Assembly: GCA_003245625.1 (NCBI GenBank)
Contig: QKCT01000106.1
Coordinates: 1-62,969 of the forward strand
From: Bacillota bacterium
GTDB taxonomy: Bacteria > Bacillota_I > Bacilli_A > Izemoplasmatales > Hujiaoplasmataceae
Length of the DNA: 62,969 nt
Direction of reading: 5' to 3'
Every line of letters starts with the position of its first letter. Within the stretch, counting starts at the first letter, position 1. Shown here piece by piece: positions 50,411 through 60,382 of this stretch. The position numbers were made by a program, and so were the translations under genes. The notes below the pieces were generated by a model. It saw only the letters and a program-made list of their open reading frames with translations, ran no database searches and was not told where the DNA came from.

Positions 50411-51937
50411 TCACTCCCACTCGATTGTCCCGGGTGGTTTTGTTGTTATGTCATATAATACACGGTTAATGCCATTCACCTCATTGATGATTCTAGTGGA
50501 AACCAACTCCAAGAACCAATGTGGTAGATCAGACGTATTGGCCGTCATAAAGTCTGTTGTGTTAACGCTTCTTAAACAGCTTAAGTACTCGTAAGTTCTA
50601 CGATCTCCCATAACACCTACTGTTTTTACTGGCAACAATGTCACAAAAGCTTGAGAAACCTTATCGTAATAACCATTTTTCCTTAATTCTTCGATAAAAA
50701 TAGAATCTGCATCTTGAAGAATTTTAACTTTTTCTTCAGTAATTTCACCAAGAATTCGTATTCCCAAACCTGGTCCGGGGAATGGGTGTCGCATCACGAG
50801 ATCACGTGATAAATCTAGAGCAAGCCCAAGCCTTCTCACTTCGTCTTTAAACAACATTCTTAAGGGCTCAAGCAATTGGAAAGAATGTTCTTCCGGAACA
50901 CCTCCAACATTATGATGGCTTTTAATCGTGGCACTCGGCCCATGAACAGATTGGGATTCAATTACATCCGGATAAATCGTCCCCTGCGCTAGAAATACCG
51001 CATCAAGATGACTCGCCTTTGCTTGTTCAAAAACATCAAAAAATGTTTTTCCTATGATTTTTCGTTTTTGTTCTGGATCGGTAATCCCTTTTAATACCGT
51101 TATGAAACGATCTTTTGCATCAATGAGTTCAATATCTAGATTTGGTAGATTACCATATCCATTCATCACTTCTTTTGCTTCTTCTTTTCGTAGTAAACCG
51201 GTGTCAATAAAGATACAAGTTAATTGAGAACCAATTGCTTTATGAAGCAGGGCGGCTGTCACACTGGAATCCACTCCACCGGATAAACCAAGAATAACAT
51301 GTTGATCTTGCACAATTTTGCGAATTTCATGAATGGATGTTTCGATAAAATCGCTGACATTCCACTCTTGCTTTGCATTACAGATTTTTAACACAAAATT
51401 GGCGAGAATTTTATCTCCTTCTTGCGTATGAGATACTTCTGGATGAAATTGTAGCCCAAATATTTTCCCCAATTGATCTTCTACAGATGCAATAGAGGAA
51501 TCAGTCGCAGAAGTGATTTTAAATCCTTCAGGCACTTTTCTTACGTGATCGGAATGAGACATCCAAACAATGGATTTACTAGATATATGGTCAAATAAAA
51601 GGGTTCTATATGCTAATTTGATTTCACTTTTTCCATATTCTCGTTTTTGAGTTGGTTCCACAATTCCACCAAAGTGATGCATCAATAGCTGCATTCCATA
51701 ACAGATTCCTAGAACAGGAATATTCCAATCAAAAATAGATGGGTCCAAATAAGGAGCGTCCTTATCATAAACGCTTTCTGGTCCACCTGAAAGGATAATT
51801 CCCTTCACGTCAGGATCAATGATCTTTGGAAAAGAATGGAATGGTATCACCTCTGAATAGACATCCATTTCTCGAATCCTTCGAGAAATTAATTGATTAT
51901 ATTGGCTTCCAAAATCCAATATCAGAATCTTATCCAT
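50411..51937 (-). CDS. guaA: GMP synthase (glutamine-hydrolysing); start at ATG 51937
   Basis: 'ILDFGSQY', 'GICYGMQ', 'QFHPEV', 'SGGVDS', 'IKSHHNVGG', 'KPPGTIEWE'. Confidence 0.97.
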   Translation of the reverse strand: MDKILILDFGSQYNQLISRRIREMDVYSEVIPFHSFPKIIDPDVKGIILSGGPESVYDKDAPYLDPSIFDWNIPVLGICYGMQLLMHHFGGIVEPTQKREYGKSEIKLAYRTLLFDHISSKSIVWMSHSDHVRKVPEGFKITSATDSSIASVEDQLGKIFGLQFHPEVSHTQEGDKILANFVLKICNAKQEWNVSDFIETSIHEIRKIVQDQHVILGLSGGVDSSVTAALLHKAIGSQLTCIFIDTGLLRKEEAKEVMNGYGNLPNLDIELIDAKDRFITVLKGITDPEQKRKIIGKTFFDVFEQAKASHLDAVFLAQGTIYPDVIESQSVHGPSATIKSHHNVGGVPEEHSFQLLEPLRMLFKDEVRRLGLALDLSRDLVMRHPFPGPGLGIRILGEITEEKVKILQDADSIFIEELRKNGYYDKVSQAFVTLLPVKTVGVMGDRRTYEYLSCLRSVNTTDFMTANTSDLPHWFLELVSTRIINEVNGINRVLYDITTKPPGTIEWE

Positions 51938-53390
51938 TTTTTTCTCCCGAATAATTTGGTGCTTCTCTTGTGATATTGACATCATGTGGATGGCTTTCTT
52001 TGAGACCCGCAGATGAGATTTCCACAAAAACTGCCTTTGATTTTAATTCAGCTATTGTCTTCGCTCCGACATACCCCATACCAGAACGTAATCCTCCACA
52101 TAATTGATATAACACATCCTCTACTTCACCGCGATATGGAACCATCCCTTCAATTCCTTCAGGTACTAACTTACTCAGTTTACCAGTTCCTTTTTGGAAG
52201 TATCGGTCCTTTGATCCGCGATTCATCGCAGCCAAGCTTCCCATACCGACATAGGTTTTATAAGATCTACCTTCATAGATGATTTGTTCTCCAGGACTCT
52301 CTTTTGTTCCCGCAAGCAAAGATCCGAGCATTACTACATCCGCTCCGGCAGCTAATGCTTTTGTAATGTCTCCTGAATACTTAATACCACCGTCTGCAAT
52401 CACGCAGATGTCGGTTCCTTTTAAGGATTCCGCAACGTCAATTACTGCGGTAATTTGAGGACAACCTACTCCCGCAATAACTCTTGTCGTACAAATGGAT
52501 CCTGGTCCGACACCGACTTTGACAGCACTAGCGCCTGCTTCTTTTAAGGCGATTGCGGCTTCTTTTGTAACGATGTTACCAGCAATAATCGGTAAAGCTG
52601 GAAATTCTTCGCGAATTTTCTTTACCATTTCAATCACATGGATCGAATGACCATGTGCGCTGTCGACTGTGATAACATCAACACCTGCTTTCACTAAAGC
52701 CCTGACTCGATCTAAACTGTCTTCCGATACACCAACCGCTGCGCCACACAATAAACGTCCATTCGTATCTTTCGCTGCATTTGGATAATCGAGAATATTG
52801 TCAATATCTTTTGATGTAATCAAACCTTTTAACACTCCGTTTTGATCCACAATCAAAAGTTTTTCAAGGCGATGTTCCATCAATATTTTCTTCGCTTCTT
52901 CCAATGTGGTGTCCGGTTTTCCAGTCACCAAATTCGTCTTTGTCATAACTGAATCAATCGGAGTATCATCTAAATCGCGATATCGCAAATCACGGTTAGT
53001 AACGATTCCCTCTAATAAGCCTTGATCATTCACAATTGGAATTCCAGAGATTTTATACGTTGCCATTAAATTTTCCGCTTCTTGCAAAGTATTGTATCGA
53101 TGTAAGGTAATCGGATCAGTAATCATTCCGGATTCACTTCTTTTCACATAATCTACTTGTTTTGCTTGATCCTCGATCGACATGTTCTTGTGAATGAATC
53201 CAAGTCCTCCTTGTCTAGCGACCGCAATCGCCATTTGGGCTTCAGTTACGGTATCCATCGCAGCCGATAATATCGGAATATTCAAGCGCATATTTTTAGT
53301 AAGGCATGTATGTAAGGCTACTTCAGATGGAACCACATTAGATTCCCCTGGCAAAATTAATACATCATCGAATGTTAAACCTTTTTTCAT
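51930..53390 (-). CDS. guaB: IMP dehydrogenase
   Basis: 'LTFDDVL', 'SAAMDTVT', CBS pair, '[12 protein letters not shown]', 'ADGGI', 'VPEGIEG'. Confidence 0.97.
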   Translation of the reverse strand: MKKGLTFDDVLILPGESNVVPSEVALHTCLTKNMRLNIPILSAAMDTVTEAQMAIAVARQGGLGFIHKNMSIEDQAKQVDYVKRSESGMITDPITLHRYNTLQEAENLMATYKISGIPIVNDQGLLEGIVTNRDLRYRDLDDTPIDSVMTKTNLVTGKPDTTLEEAKKILMEHRLEKLLIVDQNGVLKGLITSKDIDNILDYPNAAKDTNGRLLCGAAVGVSEDSLDRVRALVKAGVDVITVDSAHGHSIHVIEMVKKIREEFPALPIIAGNIVTKEAAIALKEAGASAVKVGVGPGSICTTRVIAGVGCPQITAVIDVAESLKGTDICVIADGGIKYSGDITKALAAGADVVMLGSLLAGTKESPGEQIIYEGRSYKTYVGMGSLAAMNRGSKDRYFQKGTGKLSKLVPEGIEGMVPYRGEVEDVLYQLCGGLRSGMGYVGAKTIAELKSKAVFVEISSAGLKESHPHDVNITREAPNYSGEKNG

Positions 53391-53406
53391 TTCAACCCTC
53401 CCTAAC

Positions 53407-53443
53407 AAAAAATGGTTTCTTTGCGTATACGCAAAAAAACCAT
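53407..53443 (-). terminator. Terminator controlled by guanine riboswitch
   Basis: Minus strand ATGGTTTTTTTGCG-TATA-CGCAAAGAAACCAT-TTTTT between the aptamer and the guaB RBS. Confidence 0.78.
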
Positions 53444-53456
53444 ATTAGGCTTCTTC

Positions 53457-53517
53457 GCGTAGTCTTGAATTTAAGGTTCAAGGTAGAGACTGCTTGCCAT
53501 ATCCAAGCGTTATACGC
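53457..53517 (-). ncRNA. Purine riboswitch, guanine-sensing
   Basis: Minus strand GCGTA-TAA-CGCTTG-GATATGG-CAAGC-AGTCTCTAC-CTTGAA-CCTTAAA-TTCAAG-AC-TACGC; C at the discriminator position; upstream of guaB. Confidence 0.93.
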
Positions 53518-53532
53518 ATTTTATTTGTTTCA

Positions 53533-53561
53533 AGTATAACAAAACCCGCCGATAAACTCAA
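53533..53561 (-). promoter_or_regulatory. Promoter for riboswitch-guaBA transcript
   Basis: Minus strand TTGAGT-N17-TATACT with extended TG; overlaps the CCCGCC/GGCGGG hairpin ending the upstream gene. Confidence 0.65.
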
Positions 53562-53590
53562 GAGTTTTTCAAGGCGGGAAAGCATTTTCT

Positions 53591-54763
53591 TTATCGAATA
53601 TTTGTTAGAAAGGTTTCGATTTCTTTTTGGTGTTTTCCATAAACAATTATGTGGTGATTACCAAATGGATTCTTGAGAAAGTAGGAAACATCATCCAGTC
53701 GGATACGAACTTGGGTTCTGCACAAATTATCTTCCTCTAGATTCTCTAACAACTCCCCTTCACTAACATAGTAATCTTTTAAATTGTTGGATAATTTAAA
53801 GATTGTGATTGGTTCTTTTTTCATCTCTCCCCGTATTCCAACCCCGATACCGGATTCAAAATGTGTCATTAAACGAAGCGAGGTAGCCATGTTTAAAGGC
53901 AGTGTGCAATGGGCAAAGATGATTTCATTTTTTTCTGTATCAATTCGCGATGGATTTGCCATAAAACCAGTTTGCTTCGTGACTTGATTTAACAAGTGCA
54001 TGGACAGCATCGCTGGAATATCACCTTCACAGGTACCGACAATATTTCGACTATTTAACAAAGCAAGACCCAAACATCCGGTTGTATGAATGGTTCCAAG
54101 TAAATCAAAACATCGCAAAGTAAGACCGCTCAACTGGTATTTTTCAACCAATCTTTCCAAGGCAAGCGAAACCTTTTTTGCCTGTTCTAACTCATATGGA
54201 TCAAAACGGAAGGAATCCTTTCCTTGTTCTTCTATAATAGTCGCTTTAGTAAATTCATCGACGAGCTCATCAATCTCGATATCAATTAACTCAACATTGA
54301 ACATTGACAAGCATAAGTTGTAATCCACATTGGAGGCAATTAGCCAGTCACTCGGTTTTCCAATCACTCCTAGTTTCGTTGGTGGAATTGGTTTTTGATC
54401 CGATAACTCGAAAAGACGTTTAGCAATATACTCTGCAGTTCCATGCAAAATTTCAGCTTTTTTCCCTCTTGCTTTCAAGTACGACAATATTTCCATGCTG
54501 GCAGCCAAAGAATTATTGGAACCATATGTCAATAAATAGTATGGTTCTTTCAATTGGTTTTCCATCTCTAAAAAGAAACTTTCTGAGCCACCACTTTGTA
54601 TCAAAATCAAAGAAAGATCTGCATCATAAAAATGAGGAAGGTCTGACATTGTAAATTGAATGGTTCCAAAAGAAGAAACTTCCTTCAAAAGTAATTTCGT
54701 TTCATCGTTTACAACATCGTTTTTATGCAATTGTGAAACAATGGGTAAAAGATGGATTTTCAT
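53591..54763 (-). CDS. L-fucose/L-arabinose isomerase-like protein
   Basis: 'QSGGSE', 'NSLAASMEI', 'LRCFDL', 'CEGDIP', 'FMAN', 'FAHCT', 'THFES', 'CRTQ', 'GNHH'. Confidence 0.72.
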   Translation of the reverse strand: MKIHLLPIVSQLHKNDVVNDETKLLLKEVSSFGTIQFTMSDLPHFYDADLSLILIQSGGSESFFLEMENQLKEPYYLLTYGSNNSLAASMEILSYLKARGKKAEILHGTAEYIAKRLFELSDQKPIPPTKLGVIGKPSDWLIASNVDYNLCLSMFNVELIDIEIDELVDEFTKATIIEEQGKDSFRFDPYELEQAKKVSLALERLVEKYQLSGLTLRCFDLLGTIHTTGCLGLALLNSRNIVGTCEGDIPAMLSMHLLNQVTKQTGFMANPSRIDTEKNEIIFAHCTLPLNMATSLRLMTHFESGIGVGIRGEMKKEPITIFKLSNNLKDYYVSEGELLENLEEDNLCRTQVRIRLDDVSYFLKNPFGNHHIIVYGKHQKEIETFLTNIR

Positions 54764-54785
54764 GATTTGCACTCTCTTTCAATAG

Positions 54786-55316
54786 TCATTTGCTTGATTC
54801 AAGAATCTGATTTTTATTGATTTGTTGGTGTAAAAATTGAATAAAGACTTTGATTTGAAATACATTATATGGATCTAACAATAAATAGTTGTTAGTTCCT
54901 TCTTTCATTCGAAATCTAAGAAATCGATATGGTTTATCGTCGCTGTAAGTGCCAGAGATTTCTTGCAGGTCCAAAATGTTGGAAATCAAAATCGTCTTTC
55001 TTAATTGTTTTGAATCTTTTCGACTCGAATTTGCTTGCAATTCATTAAGGTCTTCAATAAAGATAGAGTCTATTGTTTCATGATCGAATTGAATCCCTAA
55101 CTTCTTTAATCTTTTCGCTTCGAAAATCACCAGAAAACTTACAAATAGAATCATAAAGAATAATTCCCAACTAAAAGATAACGTCGCAATAAAGTCAATC
55201 AGAATAACAATGGTTGTCACTATCAAAACTATGAGAATGACAAAAGACAGTTTTGCTTCCTTCTTGGGAATGATACTATTTTTCCTTAATTGATGATCCA
55301 ATTTGCTTTTATTCAT
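54786..55316 (-). CDS. Hypothetical membrane protein (2 N-terminal TM)
   Basis: 176-aa ORF, RBS GGAGGT, two hydrophobic segments. Confidence 0.7.
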   Translation of the reverse strand: MNKSKLDHQLRKNSIIPKKEAKLSFVILIVLIVTTIVILIDFIATLSFSWELFFMILFVSFLVIFEAKRLKKLGIQFDHETIDSIFIEDLNELQANSSRKDSKQLRKTILISNILDLQEISGTYSDDKPYRFLRFRMKEGTNNYLLLDPYNVFQIKVFIQFLHQQINKNQILESSK

Positions 55317-55335
55317 AAGTAACCTCCATCAATAC

Positions 55336-56550
55336 CTAATATTCTTTGACCGCCAATAAATCAGAATTATCATAATTGTTATCTAAAACAATATCTTCAT
55401 ATGTGGTGAAATTATCTGGAGTACCCCAAATCATTTCAATGTATTCCGGATGATCGATGAAAGGATTGCGGTTTCCTTGATAAGTGTAGATGACTTGATT
55501 TCTTAAGATCTCTTTTTCGCTGACTGGGTCTTCTTCATTCCATCGAAGCAAATCATCGATATCACCATAGAAAGGTAATTTTAAATCTTTATCTTCTTCC
55601 GGATCGTTAATGACCTCTAAATCCAATTCTGCATCATCATAAGCGACAGACATATAAAATATCATTCTTGCGACATCGCCCTTCACTTCATCTCTTGGTT
55701 CAAACTCCCATGTGTTGCAAGTATAGTTTCCATATCCTCTGTCGACGATGTCCGTATCATCTCCATCGTGACAGTCTTCAAAGAAACGATTATTCTTGGT
55801 TGAATTCATTACTCGCTCAGCCGCAACCAAATGATGAGTATCCGTATGAGCACCTAATTCCGATTCATCGGAGAAATCGCCCCTTGATTTCGACCAAATA
55901 TGTTCTCTATTCCATTCGACGATTTTGGTTTCGCCATATGCTTCCATTTCACAAAACGAAGGTGGATTCGTTGTATCTTGACAATCCTTTGGAATGGATA
56001 GACCAGTATAAAAAGCGATGATGTTATCCGAGTTTTCAGGATCTTCATCTGCCTCTCTTAAGATATCCCATACATCGGTTGAAGTGGATGTATATGGGTA
56101 TTCCGTATGTGTTGCGATAATTGCATTCAAAGCGTTTTTTAGCTCTAAGCCAGTTTGTGTTGTAATACTATCATAATACCCTAAGGGGATATACATGGAT
56201 CCGTCCACGTTTTCCACAACTTCATATGTATAATCGAAAGTAGAAACGTTTCCTGCGGCATCCTCCGCGCGCAATGTTACCGTAAATTCTCCTAGGACAG
56301 ATGTATCAAATGTTCCAACCACCTCTACGCTACAAGCTTCATCGACATCATCGCTACAAGTAACATCTATTTCCGTAGCGCTATCGAGCAAGTATTTCGA
56401 TGGTAAATTATCTACATTGATTGTTGGTGCATCTTGGTCAGAGAATGACATGATTCCACTTATGATTCCTAAATCCAAATAGGAATCCAAGGTGACAACC
56501 AATGCCACCAAAATAAATAAGATAATTGTTAATAAGCTTTTCTTCTTCAT
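55336..56550 (-). CDS. Membrane-anchored extracellular endonuclease I / Bsn-like nuclease with Ig-like domain
   Basis: N-terminal TM; Ig-like 'D.DAP...D..GN'; nuclease motifs 'WNREHIW.KS', 'D.HHL', 'NS.KNN', 'EPRDEVKGDVAR', 'QGNRNPFIDHP'. Confidence 0.88.
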   Translation of the reverse strand: MKKKSLLTIILFILVALVVTLDSYLDLGIISGIMSFSDQDAPTINVDNLPSKYLLDSATEIDVTCSDDVDEACSVEVVGTFDTSVLGEFTVTLRAEDAAGNVSTFDYTYEVVENVDGSMYIPLGYYDSITTQTGLELKNALNAIIATHTEYPYTSTSTDVWDILREADEDPENSDNIIAFYTGLSIPKDCQDTTNPPSFCEMEAYGETKIVEWNREHIWSKSRGDFSDESELGAHTDTHHLVAAERVMNSTKNNRFFEDCHDGDDTDIVDRGYGNYTCNTWEFEPRDEVKGDVARMIFYMSVAYDDAELDLEVINDPEEDKDLKLPFYGDIDDLLRWNEEDPVSEKEILRNQVIYTYQGNRNPFIDHPEYIEMIWGTPDNFTTYEDIVLDNNYDNSDLLAVKEY

Positions 56551-56613
56551 GCATGTACCCCCTACACGGACAATTGTAACATATTCGAAAGTCATATTCT
56601 ACTCTCAAAAAGT

Positions 56614-56642
56614 AAAAAAGAAAGCTTAAAATATGCTTTCTT
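56614..56642 (-). terminator. Probable terminator after DUF3137-like gene
   Basis: Minus strand AAGAAAGC-ATATTTTAA-GCTTTCTT-TTTT. Confidence 0.6.
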
Positions 56643-56652
56643 ATTTCCTATA

Positions 56653-57510
56653 CTAGATGAAAAGTCTTTCGTTTAATTGTAATACTTCGATAAAAGCTTT
56701 AATGTCATTCAGTTCTTCTCGATATTCGGATAGTATCGAACTATTCACTTCTTTGAAAGCCTTGATATCAAAGGAATCTGTTCTAGAGTCAATTGCAATA
56801 TAGAGTTTCTTGTCTAAAAAAGAAAACGTAATCTTGCTTGCGTATTTTTGATCCATATAAATCAATCGTTCCATTAATTGAGGCGTTAGTATATAGAAGG
56901 CTTCATGTTCATCTCGAGCATATACTTTTAAACTTGAATTGAACTCCATGCTCTCCATTTTGACTTTCGTAAATCCGCTAAAAGGACGAAACTGCATTGG
57001 CTGTAGTAACAATAAATTATGGCGAAAACGCTTTGGAAAATCAAACAGATAAAATCTTCCTTGGAATACCGTTACAACTGTAGTTGTTTTGCCCGTGCTT
57101 CTAACATCTTTTTGAACAACATCACTGCATCGAAAATGAACGTCGTCAAAAGATCCAACGATCAAGTCTTCACTGGCGTATCGATCACATTTGGATCGAA
57201 GCCTGGAATCAACCACTTCGTTTTCACTAAACCCTTTATCGTAGTAATATTGACTGTCTGGAAATATCTTTTCTAATTCTTGTTTGACATAGACTTGTTT
57301 GAATTCATTAGACATCGCTTTGATTTTCTTGTGATTGTGATTGGCATATAAACCGCCACCCAAAAATGGAATGGCAATAAGAATAAAAGCCGCTGGCCCT
57401 ATGGCGATTCCTAGCGGTATATAGGAAACAAATGCAATACCAGTCATGATGTATCCTATTATGATTCGGTTTTCGAAGACCTTTTTCTTTTCATTGATTT
57501 CTTTGTACAT
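56653..57510 (-). CDS. DUF3137-like membrane protein
   Basis: Two N-terminal TMs; 'SEDLIVG', 'VFQG', 'VKMES.EFN...VYA.DE.EAFYILTPQLMERL' resembles DUF3137. Confidence 0.7.
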   Translation of the reverse strand: MYKEINEKKKVFENRIIIGYIMTGIAFVSYIPLGIAIGPAAFILIAIPFLGGGLYANHNHKKIKAMSNEFKQVYVKQELEKIFPDSQYYYDKGFSENEVVDSRLRSKCDRYASEDLIVGSFDDVHFRCSDVVQKDVRSTGKTTTVVTVFQGRFYLFDFPKRFRHNLLLLQPMQFRPFSGFTKVKMESMEFNSSLKVYARDEHEAFYILTPQLMERLIYMDQKYASKITFSFLDKKLYIAIDSRTDSFDIKAFKEVNSSILSEYREELNDIKAFIEVLQLNERLFI

Positions 57511-57522
57511 GACAACCTCCAC

Positions 57523-60216
57523 TCATTCCTTGTCGTTTTTTAATATTCGTTTTCCAATCGTGTGGATTTTATATTGGTTTAGTTTCGTTCTTCTTTTTGC
57601 TTTAAGCAATGCATCTCTTCCCTTTTGAGATTTGGTATATATTAAAGCAAATCTTCCTTTGGTAGTGGAAGCGTGTAATTGAAAGACTTGCGCTGCGGTT
57701 TGGTTCATCGCAAAAATCGAAGGAACTTGAAAGGAATTTGTATAAAAAAGATGTCGATGAGAGAAAAATTGTCTTGTCTCTACAATAATATATCTAGGAT
57801 TTTCAATCTGTGAAAACATCTCTTTTAGCGCAGTAGAAAATACTGCTTTTTCATGTCTGGTTGCATTATCCAAATAGGTATCAATTGGAGCGTGAAAGCT
57901 TTTTTGTTTGACTATGACTTTTATCGATTCCGATTGAATCAAATCCAATTCTTTCATTGATTGAAATATCGCTTTTGCGAATGTTTGAATCATTCTTTTA
58001 GGTGTATAACTATAGATAATTCTTTTAAAAGGGGAGTATATGAATAATATCAGAGTTCCCAGCAACAAAAAGAAAACAAACGGATTTTGAACGGCTGATA
58101 TAATTTCTAACAAGGTTCTAATCAGGAAGAAACCAAACAAAGTCAACTCAAACACGTCTAAAAAGAGGAGTCTCTGTGGAATTGCGATGGATGGAATTTT
58201 ACTTACATCTACTATTCGAGCATATTCGTCGTTCTTTGTAGCTGCCTCCCATTGATCTCGTATCAATTCTCGATTTGAGGCATACTGAAGCGTCTGCGTA
58301 TTGAACTCCATGAACCTCTTTTGGTCAAAAGGAGGACGAATAATCTCAATCCTCTCAATTCCGCTTTCGATTACTCCACTCGAGTAATTTGGGCCTAAGA
58401 AAGATTGAAATCTTCTTTTTAACATGTCAAAATCATGAGAAACAATCTCTTTTTTCTCTTCTTCTTTCGTGCCTTTTTTCAACCAATCCCATACCCCGTC
58501 TGATATAACATCAAACGGTTCTACTGTCGCTAGATGCCATATCGAGGCGACTTTATTTGGATCATTTGGATCGATCCGAATCGCTCTTCCTCTCATCTGG
58601 TTACTGAGCATATAACTGCCTACAAAACTGGCCATGATAAGTGTATTAATGCAAGGCGAATCCCAACCTTCTCCAAGTAGTGCCTTTGTTCCTATCATGA
58701 TATCAATATCTCTATTTTCAAACAAATTGGTCATAACATGTACTTTATCTTTGATTGAACCTTTGAAGTCTATCACGGAATAATCCGTATCATTGATTAT
58801 AGATGAAGTAAATGATAAACCGTGATTATGACATTCTATTTGAAGTTTGGATTCTAATCCTTTTGGGAGAATAACCAATGATCCAGTTAACATTGCAATA
58901 TGAATATCTTTTGGGACATTTCTTCTCACGACTTCAAAGACAGGAACAGTCCCTATCGAATCGATGTTTGTTTCAGAACCAATTAAACTGAGTAACTCTT
59001 TTTTGATATAGTCCGTTAAAATCAACATCTGTAAATCATGTCCAAGATGATCTGCTTCGAAACGTGCTATTTCTCCGATACTATTGATTTTTCCAATGGA
59101 AGAAATCAACTGCCTTTTTAATCCGGTATTCATTGAAAGTTGAGTTTTTCCATATTCAATTAAGCCATAGGATCGAAGTATCTTCTGAAAATAGTGAGAT
59201 ATCTGTTCTGTAAAAATATCTTCGCTTTGAATGATAAAATCAAATAATTTTTCAATATCTTCTAATTTGTAGCCCTTTTTTAAAACGCCCCTACTCATTT
59301 GTTTATGAAGTCGTTTCGAGATTTTAAACCCTTTTCGTTCCATCAGCAAAACCAATGTCGAATATTCATCAAAATGTTCATACAGCTGATACATTTCATC
59401 TTCGTGGTGTTGTATGAAGTTCCCAACCCATTCCAAAAAAAGAGATTCTTCCATCAAAGTATTGATAGCTTCTCGTCCTTTTTTTCGATACTCCAATAAA
59501 CTATTTTTCTCTTCTTCGGTCGGATAATTAAAATAGATGTAATCTTGATGCGGACAGAGATTATTCTTACCTACCAACTGAGGAACAAATATTTCTTCAT
59601 CTATTTCACCGCACAAGGTACTGTATCGATCCCACTCTGTTTGATTGGAATCATATGGTGGTGTTGCAGTTAAGGCGATAATTATAAAGTCCTCTTCAAA
59701 ATGTTTTAACACTTGAACTAGAGTTTTATACCATTCGCTACGGAGGTGATGCGCTTCATCAAGGCATATTGTTCTAATATTCTTTTGGCGTATTGTTTTC
59801 AGTAAATCAAAGTTTGAATAGTCAATGATTGGATCAAGTTCTTCTGTCGTTTCATCCTCTTCTTTATCTATTAGATGATGAAAAGCTGCGTGAAGCCCTT
59901 GATAAGTAATCGATGTTAGTAACTTGGGCTCTTTTAAAGAAATAGAAACATAGTCATCGACTGATTGTTCCTGATCCAAAAACCCTTCTGCAACTCTTTT
60001 CATCCATTGATTACGAATTGTAATCGATGGCGAAAGAATCAACGCAGGTTGATTTAATCTTCTTATTAGTTCAATTCCTAGTGTTGTCTTTCCGCTTCCA
60101 GGAGCGGCAACTATATGGATTCTTTTGTCATCTAAATAGGAATCCATTCTACTTAAAACCATTTCCTGATAATCTCGGAATGTACCTTTAAATTGAAAAG
60201 CGTCGAATTGACTCAT
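57523..60216 (-). CDS. SF2 (ResIII/DEAH-like) helicase with C-terminal transmembrane segments
   Basis: 'FRDYQ', 'APGSGKT', 'DEAHH', 'LTATPP', 'LLGEGWD', 'QMRGRAIR'; hydrophobic pair near residues 690-735. Confidence 0.85.
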   Translation of the reverse strand: MSQFDAFQFKGTFRDYQEMVLSRMDSYLDDKRIHIVAAPGSGKTTLGIELIRRLNQPALILSPSITIRNQWMKRVAEGFLDQEQSVDDYVSISLKEPKLLTSITYQGLHAAFHHLIDKEEDETTEELDPIIDYSNFDLLKTIRQKNIRTICLDEAHHLRSEWYKTLVQVLKHFEEDFIIIALTATPPYDSNQTEWDRYSTLCGEIDEEIFVPQLVGKNNLCPHQDYIYFNYPTEEEKNSLLEYRKKGREAINTLMEESLFLEWVGNFIQHHEDEMYQLYEHFDEYSTLVLLMERKGFKISKRLHKQMSRGVLKKGYKLEDIEKLFDFIIQSEDIFTEQISHYFQKILRSYGLIEYGKTQLSMNTGLKRQLISSIGKINSIGEIARFEADHLGHDLQMLILTDYIKKELLSLIGSETNIDSIGTVPVFEVVRRNVPKDIHIAMLTGSLVILPKGLESKLQIECHNHGLSFTSSIINDTDYSVIDFKGSIKDKVHVMTNLFENRDIDIMIGTKALLGEGWDSPCINTLIMASFVGSYMLSNQMRGRAIRIDPNDPNKVASIWHLATVEPFDVISDGVWDWLKKGTKEEEKKEIVSHDFDMLKRRFQSFLGPNYSSGVIESGIERIEIIRPPFDQKRFMEFNTQTLQYASNRELIRDQWEAATKNDEYARIVDVSKIPSIAIPQRLLFLDVFELTLFGFFLIRTLLEIISAVQNPFVFFLLLGTLILFIYSPFKRIIYSYTPKRMIQTFAKAIFQSMKELDLIQSESIKVIVKQKSFHAPIDTYLDNATRHEKAVFSTALKEMFSQIENPRYIIVETRQFFSHRHLFYTNSFQVPSIFAMNQTAAQVFQLHASTTKGRFALIYTKSQKGRDALLKAKRRTKLNQYKIHTIGKRILKNDKE

Positions 60217-60382
60217 CGATTTCTCCAAACTATAAATAATATGATTACCCTAGATAAAACTATTCATAATAAAGATATTGTATCATATTCAAAAACAATG
60301 TGGGGGAACGATTTAAATTTCATCCGAATGTTTCCAATCTTACCGTTTTCTTGTATAATAATTACAAGAAAGAGGTGTTAAG

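Noticed and set aside
51938-52027. N-terminal extension of GuaA in the ORF track
   Set aside because: It overlaps the guaB 3' end; the family start '[13 protein letters not shown]' is at 51937
53457-53517. Variant-specificity purine riboswitch (adenine or 2'-deoxyguanosine)
   Set aside because: The discriminator is C and the J2/3 uridines are retained; the single U-to-C change falls at the variable, non-contacting position
53591-60216. One continuous helicase-DUF3137-nuclease-isomerase operon
   Set aside because: A terminator-like hairpin at 56614-56642 and a separate extended -10 (TGTTACAAT, ~56573-56581) divide it into two units
57523-60216. Type III restriction enzyme Res subunit
   Set aside because: No adjacent methyltransferase and no recognisable C-terminal PD-(D/E)XK nuclease; TM-like segments instead
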